The position numbers and the translations under genes are program-made. From positions 1-30,189 of the forward strand of contig NIVC01004955.1 of the NCBI GenBank assembly GCA_002269645.1: a stretch of DNA of 30,189 bases. Reading direction: 5' to 3'. Positions within the stretch are counted from its first letter, which is position 1. Every line of letters starts with the position of its first letter. Shown in pieces: positions 22,436-30,189 of this stretch. The stretch comes from Macrostomum lignano. Taxonomy: Eukaryota. The notes beneath the pieces are model-generated. The model searched no databases and was not told the origin of the DNA. It saw only the letters and a program-made list of their open reading frames with translations.

Positions 22436-23240
22436 GTTGGTAACCATCATTGATTATATATTGAGACGATTTTTAGCGTTTGATAGAAATTCTGGCTCTT
22501 CATTGCTTCAAATACTCAAGATATTACATCAAAACGTCTCAGTTGGGTCGTGCTGGAATCCCAAAATCTGCGCCCATTGATTCCAAAAACGGCGGTAGCT
22601 GACCCTCCCTCTCCCTCAAACAGGGAGGCCTTTTACCACGGCCCATTTTGACATCTCAAAATGGCTTTCCTGGACATCCAAAACCTATAGTGAATGTTGG
22701 CCACCCTGGAATCCTCAAAGCTGACGTCTCTCAGCCCCTGAGGAAATTATAACCTTATTTGACATCTTCTGCATGTAAAATACGACAACCCCTTGACACC
22801 CAGTTGTGGCGCCCTTGAACTGCTGAAAGTCTGTCATAGACGTCGCTGTAATATAAGTATTTTTTACGTTACGACCGATGATAACAACGTTACATACGTC
22901 GGCCGAACGTCGGTTTAATGTAAAAGTAAACATCTATCAGCGACGTCGATAGACGTCAGGAACGTCGACGGCGGACGTCGTCGACGTCGGATTGCCGTAC
23001 AGGTGCATGTACATGTACATCATATATGCTGCAGTGCCCCCAATTGCAAAACAGTGGCGCGGACCTTGAGACTCAAAGGTGCAGTGCTCTTTGACTCGAA
23101 AGTACAGGGCGCCATCTATTTTATAAATGCCACAGATCGAAGCTCATTTTTACAGAAGTTCTGTAAACACTCTGCAGTGTATAATAGAGCTCAACGAAAT
23201 CGCGTTCATTTCATACCGTATTACGTTACACCATCTGCAG

Positions 23241-23620
23241 GTCTCTCTACGCGAAATGAAGTCAAACACGATCAACACGGACATTTTTGACCAGCGAATT
23301 GACCAGCAGGAAATAAAACGAATGGCCAACCGGCTGCAGACCTTCGCCGATCGGGATCGATGGAGGCCAAACGGATTGAAGCGCGCGACGATTTGGAATC
23401 GCTGGCCTATCGAATGAGGCGGCAAGTTCGGGCAGGGAAGCAGCTGTGGACTGAGGAATCCAGCGGTGGACGAAGCAGCGTTGAAGACTGGACCATGGCT
23501 GAGCGGACCGCGCAGCGAGTGATCGACTGGCTTGAGGAACATGGAGCTCAAGCTGACGCTGGAGAGTTTGTACTGAAGAGGCGAGAGCTTGCTCTAGCGG
23601 GCGTTAAGGCTGAACTTTAG
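23241..23620 (+). CDS. Exon 3 of the BiP-derived Hsp70 (SBD-alpha lid, C-terminal KAEL), with a 1-nt frameshift at ~23358-23360
   Basis: Acceptor catctgcag|GTC. VSLREMKSNT...RIDQQEIKRMANRLQTFADRD is followed, in the other frame, by MEAKRIEARDDLESLAY...IDWLEEH...KAEL*, colinear with the BiP lid. Confidence 0.85.
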
Positions 23621-23962
23621 AAGCTTAAATGGACCTTCATGAGAGCATAATTCATAGTAGTGTGGTGATTTAAAATTGTACATTACATATCTAGATGTCT
23701 CTTTGTCGACTTAGTATTCCAGAATTCTATTGTTAAAAAGAACCAAATATATACACTTAAAGTGTATTCTCACACTTGCGACCTTTTTTCAAACTGATAT
23801 TTTCTGCTTTCAGAACCTGAATCGTGGTTAGTTTATTTTGTTGAGTAACGACTCGTTTGAAAAAGCATAACGAAGTTACAAAATTTAAAATAGCAATTTT
23901 CGACACGAAAATGAATTATCTAGATTCAAGTTGCATGACGAAATGTTGCACTTGCACTCGCA

Positions 23963-24187
23963 TGAAGATTTGAGTTCGGTTTGAGTTATGATAATCGATT
24001 AGTGTCTGGGTGAAGTCCTGCATGTCAATTTTCAGCGATAGAGATCGAGCAAGCAGAAGTACTCGAAATCGAATATTAATCTAATATACTGTGGAGATAG
24101 GAACATTAGTTTTTCTTGAATAGTTCTCGAGCATGAAGCTTTGAGTTCAGTTTGAGTTATGATAATCGATTAGTGTTTGAGTGAAGT
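23963..24187. repeat. 171-bp-period tandem duplication, interrupted by a hAT insertion and resuming at 25774-25870
   Basis: GTGAAGTC occurs at 24010 and 24181; TTTGAGTTATGATAATCGATTAGTGT occurs twice; 25775-25860 repeats 24010-24095. Confidence 0.85.
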
Positions 24188-24646
24188 CAGCGCTGTCGGA
24201 ACATATTTCAAAGTGGGGGGGGGGGCTTTTGGTGGGAGGGCACATTGCACATGATTTTTTTAATCTAAGGGCACCCTAACTCCTGCTATTGTGTCAGTTT
24301 GCGAAATTAATTGTGACAACCAGGCCAATATTCAATTCTGTGTTGGAAGTGGCCAAAAGTCTAAAAAAATATGAACTCGAATTTTCAACAAATTCTAACA
24401 CTGCGCAACTGAACTGCACTTTCAATTTAGTAAATATCTCAAATGAATGAAATTTGCCAGGGCAAGACCAGTAATTTTATGGATCTTTTGGCTGCCTCCT
24501 TCAGTTCCTCTTGGCGCTGACTCTTTATTCTTGGCGCTGGCATTTTGGTGCTTTTAGTTGCAGCGCCAGAAGCGGTTTAAGTCTTGGGATTGCGGTGCCC
24601 TCGGAATTTCGATCAGAGATGCAAGTAAAAGGGCTAAATAATAAAA

Positions 24647-25545
24647 CAGGGGTTGGCAAACTCCGGAATGAGGGCCAAATGTGGCCCGCAAAGCATCTCC
24701 ATCCAGCCCTTGGGTCCTTTGAATCTTCACAATAGCAATCCGGCCTCTCATAGTCTCCTCTAATCTCCTCTCCTCTCATCTCCTCACCTATCTCCTCTCC
24801 TCTCCTCTCTCCTTTCCTCTCCTCTCCTCACCTCTCTCCTCTCCTTTCTTATCCTCTCCTCTCATCTCCTCACCTCTCTCCTCTCCTTTCTTATCCTCTC
24901 CTCTCATCTCCTCAACTATCTCCTCTCCTCTCCTCTCCTCTCCTCTCTCCTCTCCTCTCCTCTCCTCTCTCCTCTCATCTCATCTCCTCACCTCTCCTCA
25001 CCTCTCTCCTCTCCTCTCATCTCCTCTCCTTTCCTATCCTATCCGCTCATCTCCTCACCTCTCTCCTCTCCTCTCATCTCACCTCTCTCCTCTCCTCTCC
25101 TCTCCTCTCCTCTCTCCTTTCCTCTCATCTCCTCACCTATCTCCTCAATTCTCTCTTCTTCTCTCATCTCCTCACCTCTCTCCTCTCCTCTCATCTCCCG
25201 TTTCCTCTTCATTCTCTTCTCCCTTCCCTCCTCTCTCCTCTACTTATCTCCTCTCTCATTCATTTCAACTCTCCTCTCCTCATTCATCTCCCCCTCTCCT
25301 CTCTCTTCTCCTAGTTTATCTCTCTTCTCATCTACTCTCTTCTCCTTTATTCCTTCGCCTTTCCATTCTCCTGCTCTCGTACATTTCTGTTCTCTATTCC
25401 CCATCCTCTCTCCCTATAGCCCGCAGTCATCAGGGACTCCTGGACGCGCATTTTGCTTAGGGGGCTCAGCGAAGCGGACCCATGCAGAAGGGCAGTCGCG
25501 CTGTTCTCAATCTGGCCCTTGGAGTAAAAAGCTTGCTGACCCCTG
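24647..25545. mobile_element. hAT/Charlie-like MITE nested in the previous element
   Basis: TIRs CAGGGGTTGGCAAACT / AGCTTGCTGACCCCTG. Flanks TAATAAAA / CACTAAAA match at 6 of 8 positions, with a central TA. Confidence 0.75.
24746..25410. repeat. Polypyrimidine (CTCCT/CT)n low-complexity tract
   Basis: Directly visible inside the MITE. Confidence 0.95.
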
Positions 25546-26099
25546 CACTAAAAGCACTAGGCTTAGGCACATTAGATAGTGGATTGGGATTGAGAACAAC
25601 ATGAACTATTACATCAGCTGTTACCCTTAGCTTCCATGAGACTCAGAAAAGCCAAAGCCGAAAACCGGCCGACACTTGCTTGAAATTCAAAAAGGGCACT
25701 TGCAGGATCATGCTAAAAAGTGTGGGGGGGACTCCAGCCCTCCCCGTGCCCCCATCCCGCTCCGAAACCCCTGAGTGAAGTCCTGCATGTCAATTTTCAG
25801 CGACAGAGAGCAAGCAGAAGTACTCGAAATCGAATATTAATCTAATATTACTGTGGAGATCGAGATAGGGAAGCACCAGTTTTTTGCAAATTGTAAAAAA
25901 TCCTTTCAATCTATAGATAGCCGTAATTTTTTTCAAGTCAGTTAATTTAGGGTTATGATTAAGGTTAGGGTTAGGGTTAAAAGTTTGACAGGAGATTTTA
26001 AGATTTCAAGACTTACATGTAGCTTATTAAAAAATGTGCATTGCATTTCTTTGGCTCTCCAATGGGGGCGTAGATTTGGGTCAACTGGCATTTCGTCAA

Positions 26100-26860
26100 A
26101 TGGTTGACGAAGTGACTATTTGGCAGGGGTAGCGGTATTTGCTATTGACGAAGTGACCAAAGTCTATAGTGGTCTTCTTACTGATTGGTCAGTTGACGAA
26201 GAGACCGAGATCAATGCCCCCCCCCCCACCCCAGTTGATCGACGAAACGAAACAAACTTTGAATACGTTGACTCGATGGAAGTGACTATTCTTTTTTCTT
26301 TTCTCTTTTTCTTCGTACGAAGTGCATGTCAAATGCGTTACTCGACGATGTCAAATGCGTATAAATCATTAAGCATTAGTCAGAAGTCGTTGATTGTAGT
26401 TTTTATGGTTAATTTTGATAATTTTTTATCTGTTTATCTTTTTTAATCATTCATTTTTGAAATAGCTTTTCCTTTGTTGTAATTCAATGTTTTAATATTA
26501 CAAAATTCAAATGTATGTATGTAATTAGAAATGTCAAATTGTTGTTGTGCAGTGGTGCGATTCAAAATTAAAATTAATTAACATGCTTAACCCGATTCAT
26601 TCAATTCATGTGAGAGTTTAACAGAACAATTCTTGGCACAAATGCAGCCAGGAAAATATACTGAATTGCATAATACGAGTATGTACGTAATGCACAGTGG
26701 ACGAAGTGACCATCATTTTAAAGTGTCGCAAATTTTGACAATTGACGAAGTCACCGGTCGAAGTGACCACTTTTAGAGGTCTACTGATTGGCCAGTTGAC
26801 GAAGTGACCTTAGGGTAATAGCTCCCCAGTTGATAAAACGCCAGTTGACGATTTGACTAG
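26100..26860. repeat. Two clusters of the TTGACGAAGTGACC motif (probable transposon subterminal repeats)
   Basis: Full or variant copies at 26104, 26145, 26193, 26699, 26742, 26757 and 26796; shared block CTACTGATTGG.CAGTTGACGAAG.GACC. Confidence 0.65.
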
Positions 26861-28396
26861 GCCTAGGATCTGTAGATTGCTAGTCCTATATACTAAATCT
26901 CTATCTCCAATTATATTTACCATAGTTTGGATAATGCAGTCTTGGTATGTTATGTATTGTAGGTCCTAGAAAAATGCCTTTTTCCAAAAGTATGCTGTTT
27001 TTATATACAAAAATTATCAATATGACAACAATAAAGCCAAAGGACCTTTTTTGCTATTGCAACACTATATAAAGGATCTCTTTTATAGTTGGTAATTTCT
27101 TCAAGAGAAAAATATGATCCAAGAAACTTGTTTCGAATTTTCTAAAGAAACAATTTTTAACTAATTTTTTATAATGTTTTTAATTTTATCAAAAAAAGTA
27201 TTTCTCATACATTTTTCTTTTTAAAACTTTTTACGTTTATATTTCTAATATAACAGTAGGCCCCTACTGTTTGTCTTGTTAATAAAAATGGACTTGTTTA
27301 AAACCCATAGTCAGGATGATGTACATTATGCCTGAAATTTCCAGCGTACAATTGAAAATTTTACTTTTTTTTGGCATACAATTGGCATAAAAAATGAGGC
27401 AAAATATATTTGGCATAGGCCCTACCTTTTGGCGTGACGCCGTGGCGTAAATACGCCAAGCAGCGTATGCCAACTCCAACCTTCACGCCAAAGTTAATAT
27501 TAACAATTGTTGGAATAATGCCGTAACCTCAGAATCTTATTATAAAATCATAAAAACCATAAAACTCGTAAGATGAAAGTTTATAACTATTTGTGATTTA
27601 TAAAAATTTAAAATTCCATGCAAACTAATTGCATTAATTTTCTAAAAAAACTTAAACCAAAAATTGATTTTTGTTGGCATTATCTGTAAGCCAATTCACT
27701 TTAAATGAAAACCACACATTTGTGAAATTTTTATTAGTAAAAAAATGTGTAACACGCAAAAAAAGTCATTTATTTTTATTGTTGCAAAGCCTAGAAAACC
27801 TGGCATAAGTTCCTAGGACCTTGGCATACGTTTCAGTATGAAGTGGCATTGATTTTTTAGGGGGACTTTTTATTCCGGCATATACCATGACATGATCCTG
27901 ACTATGGTTTAAAACTTTTAAAAATGAATATATTCTTGCAATGTAATTTGTTATTTATTAAAGTTTTGAAAAGTTGGTCTATATTAATTAGTATGCCAAA
28001 AGTTTACTCAAGCTCAAAATGGTATATATACCAATGTGTAGTGGTATACCAAAACAGCTAAACTATCCACTGGTATGCTAAAAATTTCTAGCCTACATGT
28101 AAATCAGATATACCTTTATTTTGTTAGCACTTTGTCTTAGGGTTGTGTTGGAACAATACTGTTTTGTCAACTATCAAAATGTTAAAAAAACTTTATATAG
28201 CACCATCTTATTAAAAAGATTAAAATTGTTATATTATTGTTTATTTGTTAAAATGAATTATAATAATATTTTACTTTTAGCTAAATTATATGCATTAGTG
28301 TTAATGACTCTCATTTATGCTTAGGCCTAGTATTTTTCAATTTAAAATAAGCAAAAAATGACCTTTTAGACTGTTTACAAATTTGATAATAGGTTT

Positions 28397-28560
28397 ATCT
28401 ATACCTATAAAAATCTCTTAATACTAAAAGTGGTGCGTTGTTTGTGTGTATGTATGTTGTAAGTGAACTCCTACAATACTGCCAAGTCAGCGTCGAAACT
28501 TATATGGGAAAACTGCAAATTTTCCGGAGCAGGCTTTAGGCTATTTTAATTTTTAATTTT
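28397..28560. mobile_element. DINE-1/HINE-like element end, opposite orientation to 10669-11477
   Basis: ATCTATACCTATAAAA...TGTTTGTGTGTATGTATGTT...AACTCC...GTCGAAACTT. Confidence 0.4.
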
Positions 28561-29409
28561 CACATTTTAACATCCCTAAAAAAGCAGAAAACTGCTTTTT
28601 TAACCCCCAATAACCTTCTTTGGCCACTCTGACTGGGGCTGCAGCCAGTTTGTAAAAATAGCCACCCCAACCTCCGCCCGCGAGCCGCTGTGTATTGAGG
28701 GGTGGTGGGTGCGCGTGTTCTGGGTTCAATGCAAATAAAACCCCCGCGTGTTGGGGGGCTGAGTTAAATTTAATGCTTAACCAGAACGGGGGTTGGGCTT
28801 GGGCTGAGTGTACATAGCAGTTGTACAGTGTGAATAGATAGACTGTGTCGAGATTCATTTGGTTTTATTATTGGCGCCTTTTTTCCATAGGCAGCCCTGT
28901 GTATTAGTTTGGCAGTGAAATTCAATGAATAAACTTGCGAGCTTCTCTAGCAACTTAGCAAGCAGTCGGGAAATTGGTAAATTTCAAACGCTAACTGTTC
29001 CTCGAGTTTTAAACTTTGAGAGGAGAAACTTATATTGCTGGAAAGATCTTGCAACGCTGAGTTCGGGGATATAAGTTGTTTGCTTTGAATATGAAAAGAA
29101 AAAGCACAGCATTTAAAAAACTATTTCCATACTTTTAACTTTCTGCAAAAATTGTACTCAGTTTTGCGAGACGTAATAGATAAAGTTGGGCGTATTGGAA
29201 GGGGGTCTGCCGCTGCGTATTGGAGGGTTGATTTAGATTGCGCAACCGTTTATTTAACTTTAAATAAGACTGATACTGTCTGACTGAGAAATGGTTTGCG
29301 CAATTAATTGATTCAATTAATTCAACACGCAGCTCTGTGCAGCTCAAACCCTAACCATAACCAATGAATTCTGAGAGTTAAGTTCTTTTTGACAGAGAAA
29401 ATTTCGATT

Positions 29410-29705
29410 GAGTCCAGTTTCACGGAGTATTCTGATGGTTTTCGGTTTCACGGAGAGGATTTCTTTTTCATGGAGAGAATCTAGATGTATTTCTGTTTTA
29501 CGGAGACGATTTTGATGGATGTCAGTTTCACTCAGAGGATTTCCATGGAGCCCAGTTTCACGGAGAGGATTTCTGTTTGGCGGATTGGATTTCGAAAGGA
29601 GTCCAGTTTCACGGAGAGGGTTTCTGTTTCGCGGAGAGGATTTCTGTTTCGCGAGAGGATTTCTGTTTCGCGGAGAGGATTTCTGTTTCATGGAGGGATT
29701 TTGAT
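29410..29705. repeat. Degenerate ~19-21-bp tandem repeat (TTTCACGGAGAGGATTTCTG)
   Basis: Repeated tttc(a/g)cggagagga units. Confidence 0.85.
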
Positions 29706-29727
29706 GGATTTGGTATCTTCAGTCAGT

Positions 29728-30189
29728 CAGTAAAGAGAGTAAAGAGAAGAGTGAAAAGAGAAGAGAGAAGAGTGAAAAGAGAAGAGAGAAGAGTGAAAAG
29801 AGAAGAGAGAAGAGATTATAGAAAAGAGAGTAGAGATGAGAGAGGACTTAGACATGACAGATGGGAGAGAAGAGGGGAGTAAGGCGGGAACGAAGATGGA
29901 GAGAGAAGAAAAGAGGAGAGAGGAGATGAGAGGGAAGATATGAGATAGCAGAGGGAGACAGGAGAGAGGAGAGGAGAGAGAAGAGAGGAGCTGAGAGTAG
30001 AGGAGAAAGAAATAGTGAGATGAGGCATGAGGGATGAGAGATGAGAGAGGAGAGAAGAGAGGAGAGAGGAAAAAACAGGGGATAAAGGAGACAGGAGAGA
30101 AAGACGAAAGACGAGGGAGAAGAGATAAATAAGGTGGTAGAGATGAGAGACGTGAGAGGAGAGAAAAGAGAAGAGAGGAGACAGAAGAA
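29728..30189. repeat. Polypurine GA-rich tract, starting with 21-bp units (AAAAGAGAAGAGAGAAGAGTG)
   Basis: Directly visible; runs to the window edge. Confidence 0.95.

Larger units (their letters stand above)
24188..25773. mobile_element. Non-autonomous hAT-type DNA transposon
   Basis: Imperfect TIRs CAGCGCTGTCGGAAC / GCTCCGAAACCCCTG. Perfect 8-bp TSD AGTGAAGT at 24180-24187 and 25774-25781. Confidence 0.85.

Noticed and set aside
22436-22453. Hsp70 ending at the TGA at 22453 (NHH*)
   Set aside because: A phase-0 donor at 22435/22436 joins a downstream exon that continues the BiP alignment; the ORF-track end is intronic read-through.
23963-24187. Alpha-satellite-like centromeric repeat (171-bp period)
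   Set aside because: Only about two copies are present and there is no sequence resemblance I can recognise; the period is likely coincidental.
25963-25980. Interstitial telomere
   Set aside because: Fewer than three TTAGGG units; better explained as part of a transposon end.

Overview
Repeat-rich animal genomic DNA with spliceosomal introns. The compact coding style and minisatellite load resemble a flatworm such as Macrostomum, but the organism cannot be proven from this window. Genes: (1) the last exon of BTAF1/Mot1 (419-737, +); (2) two tandem minus-strand genes (2820-4697 and 5783-6746, with a probable upstream exon at 7234-7388) that share a divergent C-terminal helical domain resembling a death domain; (3) a three-exon BiP/GRP78-derived Hsp70 (18696-23620, +) with a signal peptide and C-terminal KAEL. 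This Hsp70 has most catalytic ATPase residues substituted and carries a 1-nt frameshift in exon 3. Non-coding content: a minimal type I hammerhead ribozyme (9261-9300) next to a long (ATCT)n tract; a tRNA-headed CORE-type SINE; a Crypton-like recombinase fragment; nested hAT elements with target-site duplications; Helitron/DINE-1-like remnants; and several minisatellites, including a palindromic 30-bp array with higher-order structure. Family assignments come from remembered motifs; no database search was run.
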